Source: Octopus sinensis
Taxonomy: Eukaryota
Direction of reading: 5' to 3'
Assembly (NCBI RefSeq): GCF_006345805.1
Contig: NW_021835205.1
Location: 1-41,791, forward strand
Length of the DNA: 41,791 bases
This document shows positions 12,535 through 24,512 of the stretch, in pieces. Each line of letters starts with the position of its first letter. Position 1 is the stretch's first letter. Position numbers and translations under genes: made by a program. Under the pieces are notes generated by a model. It was not told where the DNA came from, searched no databases, and worked only from the letters and a program-made list of their open reading frames with translations.

Positions 12535-13457
12535 AACATCATGTATGTATTTATGTATTTGTATTTATGTATTTATGTATTTGTATGTATATGGTTGTGA
12601 TGTACCGAAACAGCATCCTTGATCATTTGCAATTTCGGTTGCCGGGAAGTATATATAAGTATGGATAATTCTAAAGAGGTGTGTTGACAAAATAAGTCGG
12701 CGGAAGTAAGAAAGAAGTGAATAGGTTGAAACATAGAAATGCCTAATAGTTGAAGTGGGAATCGTAGAGAATGAGGTACATTGAAAGTAAACTGTGATTT
12801 GTTAAAATTGATGGTCGATAGAGATAACGGTCGTGTTATTGGAAATTTAAGCTTGAGTCATTTATGGGGAGAACTGTTGAGAGTGATAGATGACAAGAGA
12901 GAATGGCTAGAAGCGTAGGTGATCGGGAGAATTCATCCCACTTGTAAAGGGTATAAGTTTACAGCTGTATATCTGCTGTATCTTAACGTTATATATCCTT
13001 CTCTTTCTTTATAATCCTTAGACAAATTTGTTTATTTTTTTCTATGTGTTCGAGTTCTTTTCTTTAATAAAGAACATTATTACTGACATTAATATATAAG
13101 GCGGCGGACTGGCGGAAACGTGACCAGAATTGTAAAACCGGAAACAAGTCGGAAATGTTCAACACCATTTCTAAAAGAAACCTCAATTAGACGGCTTAAC
13201 TTACAACACATGTGTTTGAAAAGCTACAAACAGCGAAAGCATTTATACTCAATACGAAAGCTTCCTTCCAAAAGCTTTGCATCATTCGTTATTCTTAAAA
13301 CTTATAGATTTTGATTTAAGAAAATCTTTCTTGAAAGATTGCTTCCATGTTCCTGTGTTTACAACCTTCAAACCTAGAAGCTCGGCAAAGCAGAAGGACA
13401 AAATAAATAAAAGACTTTAAAATATTGGATACTATGTGTTCGAATAAGGTCTTCAAA

Positions 13458-13510
13458 GCGGTGCTCCAGCATGGCCACGGTCCAATTTCTGAAAACAAGT
13501 AAAAGATAGA
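13458..13510 (+). mobile_element. SINE family 1, 3'-terminal fragment abutting an inverted copy
   Basis: gcggtgctccagcatggccacgg...gaaaacaagtaaaaga is the family 1 3' end. Confidence 0.8.
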
Positions 13511-13515
13511 AATAT

Positions 13516-13766
13516 TCTCTTATTCTGTTACTTTTTTCAGTCATTTGACTGTGACCATGCTGGAGCACTACTTTAAAAGATTTTAGTCGAAAAAATCGAA
13601 CCCACAACTTAGTATTTGTAAACCTGCTATGTATTCTATCGGGCTGTTTTGCCGAACCGCTGCGTTACGGAGACGTAAACACACCAACATCGGTTGTCAA
13701 AAGAAGGCAGAGAACAAAGACACAGAGATCAACATACACATAGACACACACACATACATACATACA

Positions 13767-13800
<34 letters not shown>

Positions 13801-13810
13801 CAATACATAC

Positions 13811-13867
<57 letters not shown>

Positions 13868-14041
13868 TAATATATATATACGACGGGGGCGTCTGTTAGT
13901 TGCCGCCAATTTCTCTCACAAGTCTTTGGTCGGCCCGAGGCTACAGTGGAAGACATTTACTCAAGGTGCCATGCAGTGGGACTGAACACGGAACCATGTG
14001 ATTTGGAAGCAGGCTTCCTACCACCCTATCATGCCTGTGCC
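13516..14041 (-). mobile_element. SINE family 1, full-length, with expanded internal microsatellite
   Basis: Tail at 13516-13730, ~130 bp internal (TACA/TA)n, core and head at 13880-14041 (cagtgggactgaac...atgcctgtgcc). Confidence 0.88.
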
Positions 14042-14090
14042 TATAATAAAGACAGACAGACAGACAGACATGCAGACAGATAGATAGATA

Positions 14091-14147
<57 letters not shown>

Positions 14148-14149
<2 letters not shown>

Positions 14150-14480
14150 TGTTTCTTTATTAGCCACACAGGGCTGCACACAGACAGGACAAAATTACAA
14201 GGTAGAGCTTTTCTTTTGGGGGTAAAAGAAGGGGGTTTGGTTTTCGATCAAAACGGATCGTAAATGGAAAGAAAGAGGACAAAATAAGGGGGGATATTAT
14301 TAAAAGAAAATGTGGGGGGAAGGAAAAAAAGTTGATCGATAGGGATCGTTATCACAGAAAGGTCAATATAAAGTGTAAAGGGGAGGACAGGTGAGGTTTA
14401 CCTGTGGAAAGAAAAGCCTACGGAAAAGACCACGGTAACCTCGGTCAATGAGGTCATATGTTATATTTCTTTTTCTTTTT
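14148..14480 (-). mobile_element. Probable LINE 3' UTR fragment (possibly Tx1/L1-clade) embedded in (GATA)n
   Basis: Non-coding segment bounded on both sides by (GATA)n. The minus-strand 3' end ...cagccctgtgtggctaataaagaaacat runs into (TATC)n. The clade assignment is from recollection and has no ORF support here. Confidence 0.5.
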
Positions 14481-15078
14481 GCAAATAAATAGATAGATAG
14501 ATAGATAGATAGATAGACAGATAGATAGATAGATAGAGAGGGAACGGGAGAGAAAGAGACAAGGAGGTGTGACCATGTGTGCGTGTGTGTGTTTGTATTA
14601 GTCCCAACATGTGTAACAGCCACAACATACTTCTAACACAGATGTGTATTGAACTGTTTACGTTGTGCGCGGAAATACAGACACACACAGACGCACACTC
14701 GGGTGTGTATGTAGAGTGTATGTCTACACTCGAGTGCTTACTCCTGTATGTTTACGAATGCTTTTTTGTTTATGACGTTTGTGAAAGTCCCTCAGACCCA
14801 TTACAGAAACACTGCGTTAACTAAAGCGATAAATCATTTTCTGTGTGTGTGTGTGTGTGCGTGTGTGTATGTGTGTGTGTGTGTGTGTGTGTTGATAAGT
14901 TTTAATGACGTGAACAGGAACAGCTGAACGTTTCCATTAACAGTGAAAGCCAGTCTTTCCATTGGACGATTATCTAACTATACACACTCTCTCACACACA
15001 CATATACACGCACAAACTTTTTCACGCACACGAACACACACACACACATCTCGTGCACATCTATGTTTGTATATCTAT

Positions 15079-15155
<77 letters not shown>

Positions 15156-15156
15156 A

Positions 15157-15193
<37 letters not shown>

Positions 15194-16103
15194 ATCTATC
15201 TCAGTCCATCTGTGTGTGTGTGTGAGAGAGAGAGAGCATCTATCTCTATTTCTCTGCCTATCTGTCTTTCTCCAAGAACGAGCGAAAAAATAATTGGGAG
15301 TTACTGGTGCCATGTATTTGAATAACATGGAGAAATACCGAAATCTTAAGGTCATACATCATACATACGTACGGATATATGTATGTGTGTATGTATTATG
15401 TATGCATGTATGTATGTTTATATATATATGTTTCCGCGTATGAATGTACACACACACACAGACATATATATACATACACATATACATGCATACATATGTA
15501 TATATGCATGTATATACACATACGCACAGACACACACACACACACATATATACATACATATTCTTACACATATAAACATATATATATATATATATACACA
15601 CACATTGATATACATACGTATTCTTATACATACATACATACATATATATATATATACAAATATATACACACACATTGACATACATACATACATACTTACA
15701 TATATACCTACATATAATTCAGCTCCGTCAACGTTTTTTTTATCGACCATCAATACAACACTAAGATACCATCTTTACCACTTCTGTTCCTTTCCACACT
15801 AAATCTACGTCAAATGGCCACCTCATCCTCTTCAACGCACCATTTTTTCTGTTTCCATCTCCTCCATCTCCGCCACTCTGATTCCGTTCCTTTCTCCATC
15901 TTACTCGAATAACACCCCCCTTTATCTTAGGTCCCAATTCTACGTAGTTTCTTCATCAACCATCAAACCAAATAAGGCTGCAGAGTCATTTTAAATGCTT
16001 CAACTCCCGTTCCACTCAACCTTCACAGACCTAGTTGATCCTACCATTTTACCATTTCACATTCAATAGCAACCAGTATTGCATAATATGTATATGTGTA
16101 GAA

Positions 16104-16490
16104 GCAGGAGTGGCTGTGTGGTTAAGTACCTTGCTTCTCAACCACATGGTTCTGGGTTCAGTCCCACTGCGTGGTACCTTGTGTATCTTCTGCTATAGCC
16201 TCGGGCCGATCAAAGCCTTGTGCGTGAATTTGGTAGACGGAAACTGAAAGAAGCCCGTCGTACATATGCTTGCGTGTGTGTGTGTTTGTGTGTCTGTATT
16301 TGTCCCCCAACATCGCTTGACAACCGACGTTGGTGTGTTTACGTCCCCGTAACTTTACGGTTCGGTCAAAGAGTCCGATAGAATAAGTACTAGGCTTAGA
16401 AAGAATAAGTCCCGGGTTCAATTTGTTCGACTCAATGCGGTACTCCAGCATGGCCGCATTCAAATGACTGAAACAATTCAAATGAATAAA
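16104..16490 (+). mobile_element. SINE family 1, full-length
   Basis: gcaggagtggctgtgtggttaag...ggttcagtcccactgcgtgg...gcatggccgcattcaaatgactgaaac. Confidence 0.92.
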
Positions 16491-16688
16491 GAAAAAATAA
16501 TAAAAAATAATATGCCCGCTCAGTAGTTTATCATACTTAACATGGCGTAGTGGTTAGGGCTAATGGCTCGGAAAAGCAATGTCATTATTTCTATTCCAAG
16601 CGTGGCTGGGTAGTAAGAACTTTGCTTCCCAACCACATGGTTCCGTGTCCTACATACATTTGTACGGATGTATGTATTATGTATGTAT

Positions 16689-16875
16689 CGCCATGATAGA
16701 TTACTAGCCACTACATATTCTTTATTTTCTCACCTTGTTTCTTGCTGTGTTCGTTTCTATGGAAGAGCGTAGGCTCGAAACGTTAAAGACTTCACTTTCC
16801 GAGCGTTATACTAATACATCTGTTTGTTGTCTACACCACCTGTCTTCGTCTTTTCTTTTTTTTGTGTGAATTCTC

Positions 16876-16876
<1 letters not shown>
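16689..16876 (+). mobile_element. Hammerhead-bearing element, subfamily A, degenerate core (motif 16753-16788)
   Basis: Starts cgccatgatag...tagccactaca like the 32883-33085 copy. Motif gttt-CTATGGA-a-GAGC-gtag-GCTC-GAAAC-GTT-aaag; 3' flank (TA)n. Confidence 0.7.
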
Positions 16877-16921
<45 letters not shown>

Positions 16922-16937
16922 ATATATATTAATATAT

Positions 16938-16976
<39 letters not shown>

Positions 16977-16998
16977 TGTGTGTGTGTGTACGTATGCA

Positions 16999-17155
16999 TC
17001 TCTCCTTGGTTTTTTTTGTGTATCTTTCTGTCGAAGAGCGTAGGCTCGAAACGTAAAAGACTTTTTCTATTTCTATTCCTGAGCGCTATACTAATACATT
17101 TGTTTGTTTGTACTCCACCTGCCTTCGTCTTTTGTTTATTTTCGTAAACGTTCCC
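16999..17155 (+). mobile_element. Hammerhead-bearing element, subfamily A, 5'-truncated (motif 17023-17060)
   Basis: tcttt-CTGTCGA-a-GAGC-gtag-GCTC-GAAAC-GTA-aaaga with a perfect 5-bp stem I. The downstream sequence is colinear with the other A copies. Confidence 0.78.
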
Positions 17156-17215
17156 GTTATATACACACACACGTATATATACATGCATACATACATATGT
17201 ATATATGTATACATG

Positions 17216-17269
<54 letters not shown>

Positions 17270-17854
17270 CACGCATATTCATATACATACAAACATATGT
17301 CTTTTGCTATATCCTCGGGCAGCCGAAAATGGATCTGTGTGAATGGCCTATCGGGCTGACATCTGCTACCCCTTATCTATCGGTCTTTACTCTAACGACC
17401 CCTTTAACTTCTCTAGACAGGGTACACCTCACTGTGTGTACTTCTTGCTCTCAGTACTTGTCCAAGCTTGGAACTGGTAGCATCCATTTTCTCTCACTAT
17501 GGATTACTGTTTAACCATTCTCTCTGATCATGGACTTACCTAACGAACACCCAATCTCACTGGATCTAACTGGGCTTATTTGGATACCACCTCTCTCTCT
17601 CTCTGGACTTAAGGAACCACAAACACTAACATATACGCGGAACTTTATTCCACCGTTACGTATATTTTCTCTATCTATCCATATTTCTCTATCTGTCTAT
17701 CTATGTGTCTGTCTGTCTGTCTGTGTGTCATGGGCGAATACTGGTCTTCCATAAAACAACCTTGCCCGGACTTGTGCCTCGGAGGGAAACTTTCTTTTGT
17801 GCAATCTCATGACAGAAGTGGGTATTTACATTTACCTTTACCTATATGTGTGTG

Positions 17855-17902
<48 letters not shown>

Positions 17903-18099
17903 TGTGTGTGTGTCTGTGTGTGTGTTTGTCTTTGTGTGTGTGTGTGTGTGTTGTGTGCGTGTGTATACGTATAAAATATATATCAGAGAATGTGACGTAT
18001 TTCATATTACTAATCAAGGTACTCTCTTCATCAGGATGTTACACTAAGTTCATAAATACATCTACATACCAGGGTCGGTCCACAACCAACGGCAAGTAT

Positions 18100-18141
<42 letters not shown>

Positions 18142-18166
18142 TATATACATATTCCAGCTTGTAAAG

Positions 18167-18207
<41 letters not shown>

Positions 18208-18936
18208 ATATAATATATATATATACACACATATATATATATACATATTCCAGCTTGTCTATATATATATATACACCATATATATATATACATATTCCAG
18301 CCTGATTATGGCGCGCGCGCGTTTGTTGATTATGCACTTCGACCATAACATATCAACAATAAGAAAAACAAAAACATGAAAAACGAACACTTGTTATATT
18401 TCGTGTAAAATATCTCTGGTCAAATGAAATGATAACAACAGAGAAATCTATGTGATAGTTCAGGCCTGCCGGTTTTGGTAAGATGGCTTTATTAACCATA
18501 TCAGGCGTAACTAAATACTTTTAAAATGGTTTTAATGTTCGATGTACATCGCTAATGCATTCCGTATCACACTGGTAGTTTCTACATATTGCAATGCTTC
18601 GAGTTAACAGCAACGTTCCTCTGCACACACGCGCGCGCGTGCAAAAGCATATATACATAGATATGTAATTTGCTCAGAACAATGCATGGAAATTCCGTTA
18701 TCATTGGTATCCAAATGTATGAGTCTTTGAGTTGAAACTAGCTTAAGAAGTGCCAACAACACACGAAACTATCGGTTCTTGAGTCACTCTTTAACTCCTG
18801 CCGATTATTAACAGAAAAACATATGCATATTTACACACACATATATAAATATATATATGTGTACATAAATATGAGTGCATACATATATATGTATGAATAT
18901 GAGTATGTATGCACTCATATTTATATATGTGTACAT

Positions 18937-18978
<42 letters not shown>

Positions 18979-18994
18979 TATATACATACCTACG

Positions 18995-19240
18995 TTACTG
19001 TCTTTTACACTTTTATTCCTTTCAGTCACTTGACTGCGGCCATGGTGGAGCACTGTCTTTCGTCGAACAAATCCACTCCCAGGACTTTTTCTTTGTAAGC
19101 CTAGTACTTAGTCTTATCTCTATCGGTGTCTTTCCCCGAACAGCTAGTTTAAGGGGACGTAAACACACCAACACCGTTTGCCAAGCGATGTTGGGGAGAC
19201 AAACACAATTACACACACTCACACACAGACACACACACAC
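18995..19240 (-). mobile_element. SINE family 1, 3' half
   Basis: ttcagtcacttgactgcggccatggtggagcac...gacgtaaacacaccaacaccg. Confidence 0.85.
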
Positions 19241-19510
19241 TTTTAACTTATCTGCATAAAGATGAGTATTGTAAGATCTTGTCTACTCTGATGACGAAGG
19301 CTCGTCTTCTCGAATGTGAATTGCATCCATACAGTTGCATATTAAGATGGATTAAATCTACCAGGATTATACTGCCTTGCTGAACACCCAGAAACTGTTA
19401 TCAGACTGATAGCATCTCCAACTAAATACTTCATCCCACGCTGCTCTGAGATTACTTCCGCAGCTGGCGTGGAACGTAAACTCTTTAGCCAACGTCGATT
19501 TGAACATGTT

Positions 19511-19928
19511 CTCTTTACTCTTTTACTCTTTTACTTGTTTCAGTCATTTGACTGCAGCCATGCTGGAGCACCGCCTTAAATCGAGCAACTCGACCCCGGG
19601 ACTTATTCTTTTGTAAGCCCAGTACTTATTCTATCGGTCTCTTTTTGCCGAACCGCTAAGAAACGGGGACATAAACACACCAGCATCGGTTGTCAAGCAA
19701 TGCCAGGGGTACAAACACAGACACACAAACACACACACGTACATATACATATATATACATATATACGACAGGCTTCTTTCAGTTTCCGTCTACCAAATCC
19801 ACTCACAAGGCATTGGTCGGCCCGGGGCTATAGTAGAAGACACTTGCCCAAGATGCCACGCAGTGGGACTGAACCCGGAACCATGTGGTTGGTTAGCAAG
19901 CTACTTACCACACAGCCATTCCTGCGCC
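19511..19928 (-). mobile_element. SINE family 1, full-length, low divergence
   Basis: All modules are present, from ctctttactcttttactc to cacagccattcctgcgcc. Confidence 0.95.
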
Positions 19929-20377
19929 TATGATATGTTCGTGTGCGACACGAACATATCATGAGTATAAAGTAATCATTTGTGCAGATTTTGTGACAAA
20001 GAAGCTGAACACTCATACTCCTACTTGGACGGGCAAGTCCACAATATGTATATTTGCACACTAACGGTTATGGTGGCTATAAATCTTCTCTTAACCCTAC
20101 CCACTAATTAAACTCTTAATGACTTTCCAGCTCTTTTATTAGTCATTATAGCCTTGTGTTTGTTCTCTCATTCCAGGCCAGCTTTTGCTGGAATCTAGGT
20201 ATGTCCATACTGTGGTCATGGATTGTTCTGGTATTGTTTGAAATTCTCTGTATCATCTGAAGAAAACACTTTTTTGCTATGATGTTTTTACTATTCATTC
20301 ATCTATTAAAAATGCGTTAGAAGTAGTTGTAATGAACTGACATTCACCCACAATTTGGTATTTATTTAGTTGCGATT

Positions 20378-20417
<40 letters not shown>

Positions 20418-20420
<3 letters not shown>

Positions 20421-20619
20421 GACCGCGTGTGTACCGTTGGCGATTTTTTTTCCTCCATCTTCTCTTTGGATCTTTCCTTTTCCTATGTTTCTGACGAAGA
20501 GCTCCGCTCGAAACGTTAAACCCTCGTTCTTTCCTTCTTTCCTGAGCATCCAATAATACTATACTTGTTCCACGTCCTCGCATTTTCGTGTTTTTTCTTT
20601 GTGTTTTAATGTTTAGATT

Positions 20620-20622
<3 letters not shown>
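20418..20622 (+). mobile_element. Hammerhead-bearing element, subfamily B, canonical core (motif 20487-20521)
   Basis: gttt-CTGACGA-a-GAGC-tcc-GCTC-GAAAC-GTT-aaac. Intact CUGANGA/GAAA core, 4-bp stem I, 4-bp stem II, palindromic ACGT stem III; (TA)n on both sides. Confidence 0.82.
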
Positions 20623-20664
<42 letters not shown>

Positions 20665-21033
20665 AGACAAAAAAGAGTGAAAAACTACAGAAGCCTAGTG
20701 TCATATGGTTAAAGAATATAATTAAATCATTATGTGTGGAAAATGTTATAATATTTTGTGTATAGTAACAGTTTTTGGAGAAATAACCGGTTTCGTATTT
20801 TCTTCTCAAATTTCTCAATTTGTTTTTACCTATATCGTGTCATGTCTTCGCTGTTGTGAAATATGGAGTTCCAAGCAAGGGGAAGGTAATCAGGGATTTT
20901 TTTCCAGAATTAGGGAGATAATCAAAAATGTTGGTTATGACTAGGCTTGATTAATTTAACATGATTTGGTTTAGAAGGAATAGAATGTTACAAGCGGTTA
21001 GGTTTTGCTTAATATTTTTTTCAATGAGGTGAG

Positions 21034-21340
21034 CGTAAACAACTACTTGACAGCGATGGGCATAAAAGCTGTTCCTCAACCTCTCAACAGTTCAGACCTT
21101 GGCCCCTGTGACTTTTGGTTGCTTTCCAAGTCGAAGAGAAATATTAAGAAGGCTGTGACAAGGGTCCTGAACATTTCCAACATAGGATTTCCATGGCGTC
21201 TTCATGAAAGAGCTAGAGGGCTGCAACAAATTTATTGAAGTCAGAAGATTCTACTTTGAAGGAGATTAGAGTTATGTAATTCGTTCTAATTAATAAATGC
21301 CCGTCCTCAAAAATTATCAACTCTTTTGGAATGCACCGTA
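21034..21340 (+). mobile_element. Mariner transposase C-terminal remnant with probable 3' TIR
   Basis: VNNYLTAMGIKAVPQPLNSSDLGPCDFWLLSK (degenerate HPPYSPDLAPCDFWLF). After a frameshift, DFHGVFMKELEGCNKFIEVRRFYFEGD*; ends ...ggaatgcaccgTA. Confidence 0.82.
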
Positions 21341-21447
21341 TCTGTGTGTTGTGTGTGTGTGTGTATGTGTGTGCATACGCATATCGATATACATAAATAG
21401 TGCTGATACTAAGGGTGATAAGAAGTAGCACCAAGATTAGGCAAAAT

Positions 21448-21581
21448 ACTACTACTACTACTACTACTACTTACTACTACTACTACTACTACTACCACCA
21501 CACCACCACCACCACTACTACTACTACTACTACCACTACCACCACCACCACCACCACCACCACCACCACTACTACTACTTA

Positions 21582-21617
<36 letters not shown>

Positions 21618-21664
21618 ATAATAATAATAATAATAATAATAACAATAATAATAATAATAATAAT
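21448..21664. repeat. Compound trinucleotide array (TAC)n-(CAC)n-(TAC)n-(TAA)n
   Basis: Directly visible. Confidence 0.97.
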
Positions 21665-22223
21665 ACGACAAGATAGCAAGGTTTGCCCACTGGACAATTT
21701 GCAACGAGTATGTACTTGACAGAGCATAAAATTAGTACTACGATAAACCTGAAGGCATCATCGAAAATGATAATGCAAAGATCCTGTGGGATTTTATGAT
21801 TCGGTGCGACCATGACATTGAGAATAGGAAGCCAGACAGTCTTATTTGAGAAAGAAAGCAAACTATGCTGGATCGTAGATATAGCATACGCAGCTGATAA
21901 CAAGGTATGCGATAAGGAAGAAAGAAACATCGAGAGATATGACAGGTTAGCTTGGGAGGTAAAGCAGTTGTGGCCGATGAAAAAGGTGGTGGTAGTACCA
22001 ATAATTGTCGGAACCCTGGGGACAGTGAGTAAAAATCTTGAGAAGTACATGGAACAAATAGGGGCTGAAATAAGGGTGAAGCACTTGTAGAAAACAGCAC
22101 TGCTTGGAACCGCTCAAATACTCTGGAAGGTGCTCGAAAAATAAGGGGTGTTACTTTAGTCCACTGGTAGTGAACAGCTGACACCGTAGTGCATCTCAAG
22201 CGTTAGAAGCTGTGCAAAGGCAA
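21665..22223 (+). mobile_element. 5'-truncated RLE-type non-LTR retrotransposon (R4/Dong-like), endonuclease domain plus 3' UTR, pseudogenised
   Basis: DKIARFAHWTIC...ENDNAKILWDFMIRCDHDIENRKPD, frameshift, then CWIVDIAYAAD...ERYDRLAWEVKQLW...VVPIIVGTLG...KTALLGTAQILWKVLEK*. This is a PD-D/E-x-K restriction-like nuclease layout, with (TAA)n on both sides. Confidence 0.88.
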
Positions 22224-22266
22224 TGGTAATAATAATGATGATGATAATAATAATGATATAATAATG

Positions 22267-22309
<43 letters not shown>

Positions 22310-22428
22310 TAATAATATGATAATAATAATAATAATAAATAATAATAATAATAAATAATAATAATAATAATAATAATAATGAAATAATAATAATAATAAT
22401 AATAAAATAATAATAATAAATAATAATA

Positions 22429-22474
<46 letters not shown>

Positions 22475-22520
22475 GGATAATAATAATAATTATTATTATT
22501 ATGATTATAATAATAGTAAT
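22224..22520. repeat. (TAA)n array with TGA interruptions
   Basis: Directly visible. Confidence 0.97.
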
Positions 22521-22733
22521 AATCCTTTCTACTTGAGGCACAAGGGTACAAATTTGAAGGATGGGATTAAGTCGATTACATCGACCTCATTGCATAACAT
22601 GTACCTATATAACTGGCCCTGAGGGGATGAAAGGCAAAGTCGACCTCGGCGGAATTTGAACTCAGAACGTAACGGCTAACGAAATACTGCTAAGCATATC
22701 GCCCGGCGTGCTAACATTTCTGCCAGCTCGCCG

Positions 22734-22736
<3 letters not shown>
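22521..22736 (-). mobile_element. SINE family 2, full-length, type II tail ending in (ATT)n
   Basis: Reverse complement: aggcggcgagctggcagaaatgttagc...gagttcaaattccgccgaggtcgac...taatcgacttaatccc...ccttgtgcctcaagtagaaaggatt. Confidence 0.9.
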
Positions 22737-22790
<54 letters not shown>

Positions 22791-22877
22791 GACACTACTA
22801 TGATGGAGTTTCTTTGCCCTAGGAGTCGGGAAGACACTCGGCAAGAAATGGAAGCAAATTTGAAAGAAGAAAAAAAA

Positions 22878-22940
<63 letters not shown>

Positions 22941-22944
22941 TAAA

Positions 22945-22975
<31 letters not shown>

Positions 22976-23475
22976 AATCGTTATTACCTACGCCATCACC
23001 ATAGCCTCCAATTCCACTACCAATGACAACAACAACAACAACGTCGACAAAATTTGCAAAGAGCTAAAGGAGCAGCAGTTAGGCCTTTGATGTTAGAAAT
23101 CCAAGCTTCTAACAGTAGGGAAAAAAACTGTGAAATTGCGACACGAAATGCAAATAATATATATATATATATATAAATCTACATTCACCATTTGCTTATT
23201 CGCTTATGTTTATTTCTAAGATTTGAATTATTTTTCCTGCCCATCATATTGATGTACAAAGATGTTAGAAGTTATTATAATTTTTTTTTTTTTCATTTTT
23301 TAAAATTCTATTTTGCGCATTCACAGAGAAACTATTTGCATCTTCGGAAATATATATGATGTCTCAGCATAAAGGATTTAATGGCTAATGGCTTGAAAAC
23401 TTCTCATGTTTGTATATAATATTGCTGATATATACGGCTTTCGTATCATTCTATCGCTCTGTATGTCTGTGTGCT

Positions 23476-23530
<55 letters not shown>

Positions 23531-23626
23531 GTATTAAGGGAAACATAAAGGTGCTGTACAGATCGATGGATATATCTACATGTGCCAAATTTATATGCGT
23601 ATACTATGATTTAGCATGTATATATG

Positions 23627-23658
<32 letters not shown>

Positions 23659-23743
23659 ATAGTATATGTGTGTGTGGTGTGTGTGTGTGTCTGTGTCTGT
23701 GTGTATATGTATGCAAACATGTGCATATAATTACATGTATATA

Positions 23744-23782
<39 letters not shown>

Positions 23783-23938
23783 GGGCGTGTACATGCAGGC
23801 ACGTATATAAGCATAATATATATATGTGTGAGTGTGTGTGTGCGTGTGTGTGTATACTTATATATATATATACATATATATATTTATGCATATATATGGG
23901 CGTGTACATACAGGAACGTATATAAATACACATTGTAT

Positions 23939-23990
<52 letters not shown>

Positions 23991-24512
23991 AACCCAAATA
24001 CACAGAAATATACGTATATATAAGTGTATGCGTATATATCTATGATCTATATACGTATATATAATTTCTGCACGTGTAACACACACGCATACATATGCGT
24101 GAGTGAACGATATATAATTTACAGGGTAATATTTTTCATCTACACTGTTAAAGTGCAAATGCACACCTGCATATTTCTCCTTCGTTCTCTCTCTCTCTCT
24201 CATACACACACACACACTCACTCATTCCCTCTGTATGGGTGTGTATGTGTGTCGTGCATGTTGTGTGTGCTTATACGCACGTATGTACGTACTTATATAA
24301 TTAAGCATGTAATTATGTATGTATTCAACTGCAGCGCATTACAGCAAATATTTCAAATAATGATACTCACACGCACTTACATTTATGCATACACAAACAC
24401 ATACATGCACACACACGTATGCGTATATGTTTGTATCTCCGTACGAACGTACGCACGTATGCATGTCTCTCTGTATGCATTCATGTATTTATGAATGAAG
24501 AATCCACGTATG

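Noticed and set aside
19288-19317. CTGATGA...GAATGT hammerhead-like motif
   Set aside because: GAAT replaces GAAA, stem II is misregistered, and there is no stem I complement.
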